Shown: positions 1-9,500 of the stretch, piece after piece | Layout of the letters: the number at the start of each line of letters is the position of its first letter | Numbering within the stretch: the first letter of the stretch is position 1 | Assembly: GCA_025361885.1 (NCBI GenBank) | Contig: JANYJF010000008.1 | Coordinates: 3,800 to 67,799, forward strand | Source of the DNA: Coriobacteriia bacterium | Lineage (GTDB): Bacteria > Actinomycetota > Coriobacteriia > Anaerosomatales > PALSA-660 | DNA length: 64,000 nt | Direction of reading: 5' to 3' | Notes under the pieces: model-generated | The model's database searches: none | Told to the model about the DNA's origin: nothing | The model's input: only the letters and a program-made list of their open reading frames with translations | Made by a program: the position numbers and the translations under genes

Positions 1-717
1 ACGCGCTGCCAGGGCTTCCACGCGCTACACGGGCGCGCGCTGCCGGCGGCGACAGGCCTCGCCCTGTCGAACCCGGAGCTGACCGTGGTCGTCGAGATGG
101 GCGACGGTGACGGCTACGGCATCGGGCTCGGTCACTTCGTGCATTCCTGCCGCCGGAACATCGACATGACCGTCGTGGCGCACGACAACCAGATCTACGG
201 GCTGACGACCGGGCAGGCCTCCCCCACGACCGAACACATGATGAAGACCGTCTCCACCCCCACCGGCGTGCTCGAGGAGCCTGTCAACACCATCGGGCTC
301 GCCATCGCGGAAGGCGCGACGTTCGTGGCGCGCGGATTCGCGGGCGATGTGCCACACATGACAGCCCTGTTCCAGCAGGCGATCGAGCATAAGGGCTTTG
401 CCGTGGTCGACGTCTTCCAGCCGTGCGTGACGTGGAACAAGCTCAACACCTTCGCATGGTTCCGCGAGCGCGTGTACAAGGTCGAGGAAGAGAGCGGGTA
501 CGACCCGACCGACCGAGCGGGCGCGATGGCGCTGTCGCTGACCACGTTCCACGACATGGCGTGCACGCCGGAGCAATGCAAACTGCCGATCGGGGTGCTC
601 TACCGCGAAGAAGGACGGCCGACGTATCAGGACGGCCTGCCGCAGCTCGACGAGCCGCTGTGGAAGCGGGCGCTGGCACCGCGGGACCTGACGGAGATGG
701 TGCGAGGGTTCATGTGA
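1..717 (+). CDS. 2-oxoacid:ferredoxin oxidoreductase, beta (thiamine-diphosphate-binding) subunit; 5' end outside window
   Basis: Frame 1 is open from base 1 (TRCQGFHALHGRALPAATGLALSNPELTVVVEMGDGDGYGIGLGHFVH...NQIYGLTTGQ). This GDGD/TPP block is typical of KorB/PorB-type beta subunits. It is the only plus-strand gene in the window. Confidence 0.8.
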   Translation, partial: TRCQGFHALHGRALPAATGLALSNPELTVVVEMGDGDGYGIGLGHFVHSCRRNIDMTVVAHDNQIYGLTTGQASPTTEHMMKTVSTPTGVLEEPVNTIGLAIAEGATFVARGFAGDVPHMTALFQQAIEHKGFAVVDVFQPCVTWNKLNTFAWFRERVYKVEEESGYDPTDRAGAMALSLTTFHDMACTPEQCKLPIGVLYREEGRPTYQDGLPQLDEPLWKRALAPRDLTEMVRGFM

Positions 718-765
718 GAGCGCACGGCGGGCGCGAGGCCGTCATGCGCGACCGGGGCGGGTCGA

Positions 766-2937
766 TCAGCCGTCGAGCGAGTCGTGCTCACCGAGCATGC
801 CGAGGAACACCTCGACCACTGAAGGGTCGAACTGCGTTCCCATGCCCGAGACGAGTTCGCCCATCGCCTCGGCCCGGCTGCGGGCCGGTCGGTACGGTCG
901 CTCGTTGATCATCGCATCGTACGAGTCGCACACGGCGAGCACGCGCGCCTCGAGCGGGATCGCCACCGCAGCGAGGCCATCAGGATAGCCGGCGCCGTCC
1001 CACCGCTCGTGGTGATGCCGGATCCACGGCAGTACCTGGTCGAGGGTGGTGGACATCAGGATCCGCTCTCCGAGCACGGAGTGCTCGCGCACGTGCGCGG
1101 TCTCCTCCTCGGTGAGGGGACCGGGCTTGCTCAGCACGTCGTCGGTGACGCCGATCTTGCCGATGTCGTGCAGCAGTGCCGCCGTCTCGATGAGCCGCAC
1201 GCGCTGTGATGACATCCCCAGCTCCCTCGCGAGCACGACCGCCAGGGCAGCCACGTTCCTCGAGTGGTACTGGGTCGCAGGGTCACGCGCGTCGACGGCG
1301 GCAGCGAGCGCGCGAACCGTCCCCAGGTGCGACTGCTCTTCGATCGTGCGGATGCACGACTCCGCGTCCATGTCGGAGACCACGTCAGAGTCGTAGACGA
1401 GCACCTGGTCCTTGCCGTGATGCTTCGCCCAGTACAGCGCTCCGTCGGCCTTTCGGGCGAGCTCGTCGGCGTCCGCGCCGGCTGCGGGGAATCCGGCGAT
1501 CCCGATCGATACGGTGACGCTGGATCCGGCACCCGCATCGATGGCCCTGATCCGCCGCTCCATGCGCAGGCACATCTCGAAAGCCTCGAGCTGCGCGGTC
1601 TCCGGCAGGATGATCCCGAACTCATCGCCGCCCAGACGACACACCGTGTCGGAATCTCGGCATACCGAGCGGATGGCGTCCGCCACGGCCCTGAGCAGAT
1701 CGTCGCCGGCCGGGTGGCCGTACACGTTGTTGACCACATCGAAGTCGTCGATGTCGGCGACGACCACTGCGAGGTCCTCGCCGTACTGCCTCGCGATTCC
1801 GATCTCGACAGCCAGCCGCTCGTGGAAGAAGCGGTGGTTGAACAGGCCGCTGAGAGTGTCTGTCTCCGACCCGTGCATGAGACTGCCGTTCTCGACGGCC
1901 ACGATCGCGCTGCGACCGGCCACGAGCATCGCGATCAGCGTCGTGACCACCAGGAACACCCAGTACGTCAGACTCCCGGGGGGCGAGCTGAACGCACGCC
2001 ATGCCACCACTGGCATGACGAGAAGCAGCAGGACCGGCATGACCAGCCCGCCGCGCCTCGACTTGGCCGGCTGGAACAAGGGGGCCGGGCGAAGTGGCCA
2101 GGCATCCTCGGCCGCGGTAAGTCGGTACGCCGTGGCCACCACGAGCAGATAGAGACCGAGGACCAGAAGAAGGTCCAGCGCACCACGCTGCAGACTGCGC
2201 GAACCCTCGACGGCTGTCGCGAGCCACAGCGGCCATGTGACGACACCCACCCCGTACAACGCGATGGCCCCCGCCACGGCCTTCTCCCACGAACGCCATC
2301 GGGTGACCTTGAAGCCGACCAGCGTCAGCACGACGCCCGCGATGATGATCGCCCCGAACGTCGGGTAGATGGCCGCCCAGACGTGGGTCGCGGGCGTGAG
2401 CTTGGTCGAGATGGGCGCGAGCAGCACCTCGGTCAGCGCGAAGAACATCGCGAACAGCAGCACCGCTGCGGCCGTGAAGTCAGTGTAGTAGCGCAGCCGC
2501 AGCATGAGACTGGCGTTCTGGAACTTGGTCATCGACATGACCATCGCGAAGAAGAATGTGATCGCGGCCACGTGGAGCACCTGGAAGGGCGCGTAGACCG
2601 GCGGCGGTCCCTTGACGTCGACGACGACGAGCCACCACACGTAGTACAGCTCGCTTGTCAGCAGCACGGCATTGGTGCCGGTGAGCAGCAGCCAGAAGCG
2701 CGACTCGAGTCCGCCCGATGCGCGGTAGGCCATCAGCCCCGTGACGACCGTGAGCGATAGCGGCAGCACATAGGCGACCTCAGAGACCATGAACTTCCCG
2801 ACGGCCGAGAGCGGGAGGTACTCCGCACCGAGGTAGACGACCGCCAGCACCACGAACCCGAGCCAGGCGACCAGACGGATCGCCGCGCGCCGGTAGGATC
2901 GCGGCAGGACCGATGTCCGGGTGGCTTGGTCGATCAC
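766..2937 (-). CDS. membrane sensor (about 10 TM helices) fused to GGDEF diguanylate cyclase and HD-GYP phosphodiesterase domains
   Basis: 723 aa with about 345 N-terminal hydrophobic residues. Motifs: RDSD-x5-GGDEF (I-site plus A-site), HDIGKIGV, HHERWDGAGYP. The GTG start overlaps the upstream stop (GTGA). Confidence 0.85.
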   Translation of the reverse strand: MIDQATRTSVLPRSYRRAAIRLVAWLGFVVLAVVYLGAEYLPLSAVGKFMVSEVAYVLPLSLTVVTGLMAYRASGGLESRFWLLLTGTNAVLLTSELYYVWWLVVVDVKGPPPVYAPFQVLHVAAITFFFAMVMSMTKFQNASLMLRLRYYTDFTAAAVLLFAMFFALTEVLLAPISTKLTPATHVWAAIYPTFGAIIIAGVVLTLVGFKVTRWRSWEKAVAGAIALYGVGVVTWPLWLATAVEGSRSLQRGALDLLLVLGLYLLVVATAYRLTAAEDAWPLRPAPLFQPAKSRRGGLVMPVLLLLVMPVVAWRAFSSPPGSLTYWVFLVVTTLIAMLVAGRSAIVAVENGSLMHGSETDTLSGLFNHRFFHERLAVEIGIARQYGEDLAVVVADIDDFDVVNNVYGHPAGDDLLRAVADAIRSVCRDSDTVCRLGGDEFGIILPETAQLEAFEMCLRMERRIRAIDAGAGSSVTVSIGIAGFPAAGADADELARKADGALYWAKHHGKDQVLVYDSDVVSDMDAESCIRTIEEQSHLGTVRALAAAVDARDPATQYHSRNVAALAVVLARELGMSSQRVRLIETAALLHDIGKIGVTDDVLSKPGPLTEEETAHVREHSVLGERILMSTTLDQVLPWIRHHHERWDGAGYPDGLAAVAIPLEARVLAVCDSYDAMINERPYRPARSRAEAMGELVSGMGTQFDPSVVEVFLGMLGEHDSLDG

Positions 2938-5138
2938 GCGCGAAGCCCCCTTCCGGCGATGCGGATGAACGCCTCGGCGAGCGCGGGGTCGAACTGGGTC
3001 CCCATATTGAGGTCCACCTCCTGGATCGCGGCCGCCTTCGACAGCGCCTTGCGGTAGGGCCGGTCGGAGATCATGGCGTCGTATGCGTCACATATGGCCA
3101 GGATGCGCGCCTCGTACGGGATCGCCTCGCCCGACAGTCCGCGGGGATAGCCACGGCCGTCGTAGCGCTCGTGATGCGCCGCGACCCACGGCAGGATCTC
3201 CACCAGACGTGTGGACGACAGGATCTGCTCGCCGAGCTGTGGATGTTCCTCGATGTGCAGCCGCTCCTCGGGCGTGAGCTTGCCGGACTTGCGAAGAACG
3301 GCGTCGGAGATACCGATCTTGCCGATGTCGTGCAGCAGAGCCGCGACCTCGATGAACCGTACCTTGTTGTGGTCGAGTCCGACCGCCTCGGCGAGAGCCA
3401 CCGCCAGGGTCGCGACGTTGCGCGAGTGGTACTGCGTGAGCGGGTCCCGGGCGTCGACAGCGGCAGCCAGAGCGCTGACCGTCGCCAGATGCGACTGCTC
3501 CTGGAGATTGCGGATGCGCTCGTCCGCGTCGAGCGCCAAGACGACCTCGGGATCGTAGATCATGACCTGGTTCTTGCCGTGATACTTCGCCCAGTACTGC
3601 GCGCCGTCGGCCGTGCGCACCAGCTCGTCGCGGTCGGATGCGTGATCCGGATAGGTCGCGATCCCGATCGACGCGGTCACCGGCCGGCCCTCGACACTGT
3701 CGCCCGACCGCAGGCGGTCCAGGATGCGCTGGCAGACCTGCGCGGCCGTGGCTGAGTCCGTATCCGCGAAGATGATGGCGATCTCGTCACCGCCGACTCG
3801 ACAGACGACGTCGTCATCTCGGACGGCGCCTCGCACCTGCTCCGCGACCGTGTTGAGCAGCACGTCGCCTTCCGAGTGTCCATGTGCGCTGTTGACCCGG
3901 GTGAACTCATCGAGGTCCATTGCCGCCACGGACACCCTCTCGCCGAAACGCTCGGCGCTGCGGATCTCCGCCTCCAGCCGTTCATGGAAGTGCCGGTGGT
4001 TGTTGAGTCCCGTGAGCGGGTCGGTGATCACTCTGCTGAACAGATGGCCGTTCTCGGCCACCGTCAGGCCGGTGCGGGTCATGACGAGAATGGCGACCGC
4101 CCCCGCTGCCGCGAGTAGCACTACTTGCTGTGGGGAGCCCGCTGCAAAGCGCACCCCGAGCACGCCCATGACAGGGATGGACGCGATCTCAGCGCTGGGA
4201 ACTCCGATGCTCAGCCACGTCGATCGCTGAACCCGACGCTGGGGAAGCGGCCGCAACCGCGCATTCGGCCGCGCGGTCGTGTGGTGGTAGACCGCCGCAA
4301 CGAACAGCATCGATAGTGGCGCGAATACGACGAGCTCGAACAAGTACATGAACAGCCGTCCACCGAACCCGAACTCAGTGCCGGCGAAGAACAACGGCCA
4401 CAGCGCATTGCCCCCCGCGAAGAGGGCGATCGCCCAACCGACGATCCTCTCCCACGAGTCGAGGCGGCCGGCCGCCGAGCTGAGCAAGTGGTAGATCGCG
4501 AGCACCGCGATGGTCGAACACACGACCGGAAGCACGGCGCCCAGCATCATGTCGGCCGGCTTGACGCCGGGGAACCCGCCCAACCACGGAGCGATGACCA
4601 GCCCGTACAGGAGAGCCACCGCCGCAACACCGAGCGCAGCGGCATCGGCGACGACGCGGATCCTGTCGAGCACGCCGACAGCTCTGAAGCGGGTCATGGA
4701 GGCGAAGAAGACCAGGATCGGCACCGCGGCGACGAGGCCTACCACGTACGACGTCGTGACGTTGAGGGGCGCCGGGACCGGCATCTTCGACACCGCGAGG
4801 ACGTACAGGAGCTGGTCGATGCCCAGAAGCGACAGCGCGCCGCCTATGAACAGCCAGAAGCCGCGCTCGTGCCCTTGGCTGTGAAGCGCCGCGGATCCGG
4901 CCGCGACGATGACGAAGGGGCAGACCGCCATGAAGACCCACTCGGCGGCCAGATAGCCCGAGCCTGAGGCGCCGTTGCCGGCGAAGAGAGCGATAGCGAC
5001 CAGTACCGGGGTCGCCGCGAACACCCACGCCCCGATACGAAGCGACGGCCCGTCGATGGGGCCGAGCCCGCGCAAGTCGCTTGTGTCGGCGGGAAGCGCG
5101 ATAGCGCCTGCGTCCGCCGCGTCCACGTCGGACGCCAC
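2934..5138 (-). CDS. paralogous 10-TM sensor fused to GGDEF-like (GGDEI) and HD-GYP domains
   Basis: 734 aa with the same architecture as its downstream neighbour; shared membrane-domain landmarks are FWL, SWE and WPL. Motifs: RDDD-x5-GGDEI, HDIGKIGI, HHERYDGRGYP. Confidence 0.85.
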   Translation of the reverse strand: MASDVDAADAGAIALPADTSDLRGLGPIDGPSLRIGAWVFAATPVLVAIALFAGNGASGSGYLAAEWVFMAVCPFVIVAAGSAALHSQGHERGFWLFIGGALSLLGIDQLLYVLAVSKMPVPAPLNVTTSYVVGLVAAVPILVFFASMTRFRAVGVLDRIRVVADAAALGVAAVALLYGLVIAPWLGGFPGVKPADMMLGAVLPVVCSTIAVLAIYHLLSSAAGRLDSWERIVGWAIALFAGGNALWPLFFAGTEFGFGGRLFMYLFELVVFAPLSMLFVAAVYHHTTARPNARLRPLPQRRVQRSTWLSIGVPSAEIASIPVMGVLGVRFAAGSPQQVVLLAAAGAVAILVMTRTGLTVAENGHLFSRVITDPLTGLNNHRHFHERLEAEIRSAERFGERVSVAAMDLDEFTRVNSAHGHSEGDVLLNTVAEQVRGAVRDDDVVCRVGGDEIAIIFADTDSATAAQVCQRILDRLRSGDSVEGRPVTASIGIATYPDHASDRDELVRTADGAQYWAKYHGKNQVMIYDPEVVLALDADERIRNLQEQSHLATVSALAAAVDARDPLTQYHSRNVATLAVALAEAVGLDHNKVRFIEVAALLHDIGKIGISDAVLRKSGKLTPEERLHIEEHPQLGEQILSSTRLVEILPWVAAHHERYDGRGYPRGLSGEAIPYEARILAICDAYDAMISDRPYRKALSKAAAIQEVDLNMGTQFDPALAEAFIRIAGRGLRA

Positions 5139-5251
5139 CGATCAACCACGCTCCGGGGCTCGTTTTGCAGCCGTGTCATGGCCGCCGGACAGTGCACTTC
5201 GAAGGGTACCATCGCTCGAGCCCCCACGCCACGCGAACACGGCGCGAACGC

Positions 5252-7180
5252 TCAGCGACGCACCTTGAGAAGCACCAGGCGCGGCGTGTCCACGACCACC
5301 GACAACAACGCGTCCTCCCTGCGAAGCTCGGGCAGGGACCGCACCGTGGAATCGGACGGGTCGACCACGATGTAGGAGACGCCCCACCGGTCCAGGATGG
5401 CGCGACGCTGTGCCTGAGGAGTCCCCGTGGCCATGAGTCGCGCCGCGTCCTTTCTGCGTTGCTTCCCGCTGACGACCTCGACCGGGTACGGGCTGTGCGA
5501 CTCGAGCACGTCCATCGTGTACACGGGCAGCATGCCGCACAGCTGATATGACGTTATCGGGGCGCCAGCGACCACCGGATGTCGGTCCCCCACCTCACTG
5601 GCCACGGCGGCCATCGCCTCGCTCCCCCACCAGAGCCGACGATCAAGCCGCCAAGCGGAAACGACGGACTTCTCGCCGAAGTAGCGGGGCAGCCATGAAT
5701 CGCCGTGGACGCCCACTACGGTGGTGGACAACACGCTGAGTCCGACAAGGCACGCGGCGGTCCACGCGATCGCCCGCCGCGCCGCAGGCCAGCGAGTCAC
5801 AGCCAGTCCGAGAGCCCAGGTCATCGAGACGTACGGTGCGAACTGGAGGAGCTTCGCCAGGCGCCGGGCCATGTGCGACGAAAAGGAGATCACGATGCTC
5901 GCCACCGGCGGGAACACGAGCAGGAGGACCGCCATTGACGCGATGACGAAGGCTCCCAGCGCCGCGGAGTCGCGACGACGCCAAGCGCGCCAGCCCGCCC
6001 AAGCGGCGAGCGCGGATCCGGTCCACAGCACGCTGCCCGGGCCCAGGAAGCTGCCCGGAAGCATCATCGACATGCCGAGCGGGAGGTGGATCACCTGGTC
6101 GCGGATCACACCGAACGTCGACTCCCCGATGACAGACGAGCCGGACAGCGCGAGCAGGCGCGGGAGCAGGACGGGCGAGGCGTCGACGAACCCCGCAGCG
6201 AGGGCGAAAGCTATGCGCAGCCACGCATGGCCGTCGTAGCGCCCGGCCGCATCCTCACGGCGCCGCGTCACCAGCCACGCGACCACGGACCACGCGGCCA
6301 CGGCCGCGCCCGCGAGGCCCACGAGCTCCGCCGACCCGACGTGCATACTCACGGTCGCGTACGTGGCGATCGCCGCCAGCACCACGGTCCACCACGACCG
6401 GTCCTCGAGCAGCCTCAGGAACAGGGCGATCGCGAGCATCGCCAGTCCGTAGGACACGATATTGGGATAGGCGGACGCCCTCAGGTCCATCTTGTACAGC
6501 CCGACGAACATCAGCGCCATCCCCGCCGCGACCGCGACAGGCGACGAGGTCACTCGTCGAAGCAGCGCCCACGCGCCGATCGCGAGCACGGCCGCACCGA
6601 TCCCCATCGCGCCGAGGTAGAGCGTGGACGGCTCGATGCTCGTGAGCCTCGCGACACACGCCTGCATCGTGTGCCAGATGCCGGAGGTCGGGTCGATGGT
6701 GCTGGTCGGCGTCCCGTAGATCGGGTCGGTGACGAGCACGCGACCGGTGGTGAGCAGCGAACGCACCGCTGCCACGTGATAGAAGATGTCACTCGACGCG
6801 TGAAACCACGGCCGCTGCAGCATGGCGACGAGACCAGCGGCGAGCGCCATCGGCCACGCTCCCGGCGCCTGTGCGACCCGATCGCGAAGACCTGAGCGCC
6901 ATTCGCGGACCAGGAGTGCCGTGCCGCCCACGCAGGCGGCGGCGCACGTCCAGGCGAGCACCGTGATCCCGATCCCCGTGTACCAGGCGACCGTCGCGAG
7001 CGCCGCGACCACGCTCACCGACAGCGCGAACGACATCCCGGCGAACTCAGCGGCGTCCATCGTCGCTCTGCGGGACAGCAGCGCCGCGAGTCCGGCGCCA
7101 GGTAGCGCGCACAGCGCCAGCAGCAGCGGCATCGACAGCCACTCGGAGGCGACGAGGCCCCAGCTCACGCGAGTCTCCAC
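5252..7180 (-). CDS. large polytopic membrane protein, GT-C-like glycosyltransferase candidate
   Basis: 642 aa with more than 10 hydrophobic segments. An acidic/aromatic motif (SSDIFYHV) sits in the first predicted loop, and there is a C-terminal soluble domain of about 150 aa (..WGVSYIVVDPSD..). It lies 19 nt downstream of a GtrB-like GT2. The family call is inferential. Confidence 0.55.
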   Translation of the reverse strand: METRVSWGLVASEWLSMPLLLALCALPGAGLAALLSRRATMDAAEFAGMSFALSVSVVAALATVAWYTGIGITVLAWTCAAACVGGTALLVREWRSGLRDRVAQAPGAWPMALAAGLVAMLQRPWFHASSDIFYHVAAVRSLLTTGRVLVTDPIYGTPTSTIDPTSGIWHTMQACVARLTSIEPSTLYLGAMGIGAAVLAIGAWALLRRVTSSPVAVAAGMALMFVGLYKMDLRASAYPNIVSYGLAMLAIALFLRLLEDRSWWTVVLAAIATYATVSMHVGSAELVGLAGAAVAAWSVVAWLVTRRREDAAGRYDGHAWLRIAFALAAGFVDASPVLLPRLLALSGSSVIGESTFGVIRDQVIHLPLGMSMMLPGSFLGPGSVLWTGSALAAWAGWRAWRRRDSAALGAFVIASMAVLLLVFPPVASIVISFSSHMARRLAKLLQFAPYVSMTWALGLAVTRWPAARRAIAWTAACLVGLSVLSTTVVGVHGDSWLPRYFGEKSVVSAWRLDRRLWWGSEAMAAVASEVGDRHPVVAGAPITSYQLCGMLPVYTMDVLESHSPYPVEVVSGKQRRKDAARLMATGTPQAQRRAILDRWGVSYIVVDPSDSTVRSLPELRREDALLSVVVDTPRLVLLKVRR

Positions 7181-7199
7181 ACGCGCATAGGCCGCACGC

Positions 7200-8132
7200 C
7201 TACTTGGGGGCGTTCATGATGTCGAGCACGAACGCCGCGAGAACGAGCATGAAGCCGAACTGAAGCGGCAGCACGTCGATCATCACGGTCGCCGTCGACG
7301 GGGTGATCCCTCCGATGCGCTGGACGACCACCCACACGCCGAAGGCCAGCGCCCACAGCAGCATCAGAACGCCGAAGAGCGAGAACAGCGCGACGGGCGA
7401 GAAGGAGCGCACAACATACTGGAGCCAGAACCTTCGCCAGAACGCGCGGCGAAGGGTGCGAAGCAGGTGCGGGACAGTCTTGCTCAGCTTGATGTCGGAG
7501 ATCTCATCGCCGTACACGGCGGGGATGTCGACATCACAGACGCGAGCGCGGAGCAGCCCGAGCGCCGCCAACACATCGTTCTCGAAGCTGTAGTCACGGG
7601 CGATGGAGTCCCAGTCGATGCGCTCCGAGACACGCCGCGTCATGGCCGTGTAGCCGTTCTGCGGGTCGAACAGGTCCCAGTAGCCAGTCGCCATCTTCGT
7701 CATGAACGTCAGCACGATATTGCCGAAGGTGCGCACCCACGGCATGCCCTCGAACGAGCCTGTGGTGAAGAAGCGGTTGCCCTTCGCGAAGTCGTAGCCT
7801 CGGTGGAGGATGGGATCGAGGAGAGCCGGCAGGTACGCGGGGTCCATCTGGCCGTCGCCCGCCATGACCACCATGATGTCGCCGCCAAGCTCCAGCGCGC
7901 GTCTGTGCGCATCGATGAGCGAGGCACCGAGACCCTGGTTCACATCGTGGCGCACCAGGACGACCCGGGGGTCGCCCGGCTCCAGCGCGGCCGCTGAGGT
8001 CTCGTCGGCCGAGCGATCGTCGACCACGATGATGGTATCGACGTACTCGGGCATCGTGCGCACGACGCCGCCCACATGGGCCGCCTCGTTGTACGACGGT
8101 ACGAGCGCGATGATGCGACGGCCTTCGAGGAT
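7200..8132 (-). CDS. family-2 glycosyltransferase, GtrB/DPM1-like polyprenyl-phosphate glycosyltransferase with two C-terminal TM helices
   Basis: IIVVDDRSADET, MAGDGQMDP (DxD-like) and two C-terminal TM helices. The conserved first-strand motif RIIALVPSYNEAAH is in frame but upstream of the first ATG/GTG/TTG (GTG at 8075). The upstream in-frame stop is at 8148-8150. I placed the start at ATC 8130-8132, which is preceded by GGGGTG 5 nt upstream. The start is uncertain. Confidence 0.75.
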   Translation of the reverse strand: MLEGRRIIALVPSYNEAAHVGGVVRTMPEYVDTIIVVDDRSADETSAAALEPGDPRVVLVRHDVNQGLGASLIDAHRRALELGGDIMVVMAGDGQMDPAYLPALLDPILHRGYDFAKGNRFFTTGSFEGMPWVRTFGNIVLTFMTKMATGYWDLFDPQNGYTAMTRRVSERIDWDSIARDYSFENDVLAALGLLRARVCDVDIPAVYGDEISDIKLSKTVPHLLRTLRRAFWRRFWLQYVVRSFSPVALFSLFGVLMLLWALAFGVWVVVQRIGGITPSTATVMIDVLPLQFGFMLVLAAFVLDIMNAPK

Positions 8133-8216
8133 GTGATCACCCCACGGTCAGCGAGCGGGCTGGACAGCGAAAAAGCGCAGGTAGACCGCACGAGAGTATA
8201 CCAGACGGCCTCGGGA

Positions 8217-9437
8217 CTAGATGAGCCCGAGCGCCAGGCCGCTCTCCTCGAACGCGTCGAGCGCCTGCTTGATGTCCTCGTCGGTGTGGGTCGCCATCAA
8301 GCATGTGCGAAGGCGGTCTGTGCCGCGTGGCACGGCCGGGTGGACGATCGGGCACACGAAGACGCCGCGATCGAACAGCATGCGGGTAAGGTCCATCGTC
8401 TTGGACTCGTCGCCCACCATGACCGGCACCACGCACGTCGAGGAGAACAGGGTGTCCCAGCCCTGCGCCTTGAGGCCGGAGATGTACTTCCCGGTCTGCT
8501 CGTGGAGCTTGGCCACGCGCCACGGCTCGTCCTCGATGACGTCGAAAGCCTCGAGCGCGGCAGCAGTCGACGACGGAGGAAGCGCGGCGGAGAAGATGAA
8601 CGGACGCGAATAGTGGCGAAGGAAGTCCACCATGTCATGCGCGCCGGCACAGTAGCCGCCGATGGACGGGATCGACTTGGACAGCGTCCCCATCTTGATG
8701 TCGATCGAGCCGTACATGTCGAAGTGCTCCTCGATGCCGTGCCCGGTGGCTCCGAGAGAACCGATCGAGTGGGCCTCGTCGACCATCAGGCGGGCACCGT
8801 AACGCTCACACAGCGCGTGTGAGGCGGGCAGGTCCATTATGTCGCCGTCCATCGAGAAGACGGAGTCCGCGACCACGAGGATCGTCGCGTAGTCGCCCGC
8901 GGCCTCCTTCAGGAGCTTCTCCAGGTGCGTCATGTCGTTGTGCCGGTACGTCCTCCACTTGGCGCCGGACAGCAGGCAGCCGTCCACGATCGACGCGTGG
9001 TCGAGCTTGTCCATCAGCACCAGGTCACCGGGGCCGGTCAGGCCCGTGATGATGGCGACGTTGGTCACGTAGCCCGATGAGTAGACGCACGAGTCCTCGC
9101 GCTTGGCGAACGAGGATATCCGCGCCTCGAGACGCTCGTGGAGGTCGGTCGTGCCGGTGAGCAGCCGCACGCCGCCCGCGCCGGAGCCGTATTCGTCCAC
9201 GGCGGCCTTGGCGGCCGAGTCGATGCGCGGATGTCCGATGAGCCCCAAGTAGCTGTACGACGCGAGCTGGACCATATCCCGGCCGTCCGCCATCCGCACG
9301 CGATGGTTGGTCGGGCCGACGGTGGGCTGCAGGTAGAAGTAGCGGTCCGCGGCCACGAGGGCGTCCCGGCGCTCGACATACATGGCGATGCGGGAGTCGA
9401 TGCCGTCCTGTGCCTTGACGCGTTGCGCTGTCTCCAT
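8217..9437 (-). CDS. PLP-dependent alpha-oxoamine synthase family enzyme (Kbl/BioF/serine-palmitoyltransferase-like); substrate unresolved
   Basis: 406 aa. Motifs: ASYSYLGL, DHASIVDG, SVFSMDGD, VDEAHSIG, GTLSKS (PLP lysine), PAVPRGTDRLR. Confidence 0.85.
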   Translation of the reverse strand: METAQRVKAQDGIDSRIAMYVERRDALVAADRYFYLQPTVGPTNHRVRMADGRDMVQLASYSYLGLIGHPRIDSAAKAAVDEYGSGAGGVRLLTGTTDLHERLEARISSFAKREDSCVYSSGYVTNVAIITGLTGPGDLVLMDKLDHASIVDGCLLSGAKWRTYRHNDMTHLEKLLKEAAGDYATILVVADSVFSMDGDIMDLPASHALCERYGARLMVDEAHSIGSLGATGHGIEEHFDMYGSIDIKMGTLSKSIPSIGGYCAGAHDMVDFLRHYSRPFIFSAALPPSSTAAALEAFDVIEDEPWRVAKLHEQTGKYISGLKAQGWDTLFSSTCVVPVMVGDESKTMDLTRMLFDRGVFVCPIVHPAVPRGTDRLRTCLMATHTDEDIKQALDAFEESGLALGLI

Positions 9438-9500
9438 CTGGGTGGCTCCTTACAGTCGCTCATCGGGGCTCGTGATGCCGGGCGCAGCAGCGCGGCGGGT

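Noticed and set aside
7940-8191. 83-aa ORF spanning the GT2 5' region and the upstream spacer.
   Set aside because: It is in a different frame from the conserved VPSYNE motif, has S/R/T/P-rich non-protein-like composition, and shows no SD.
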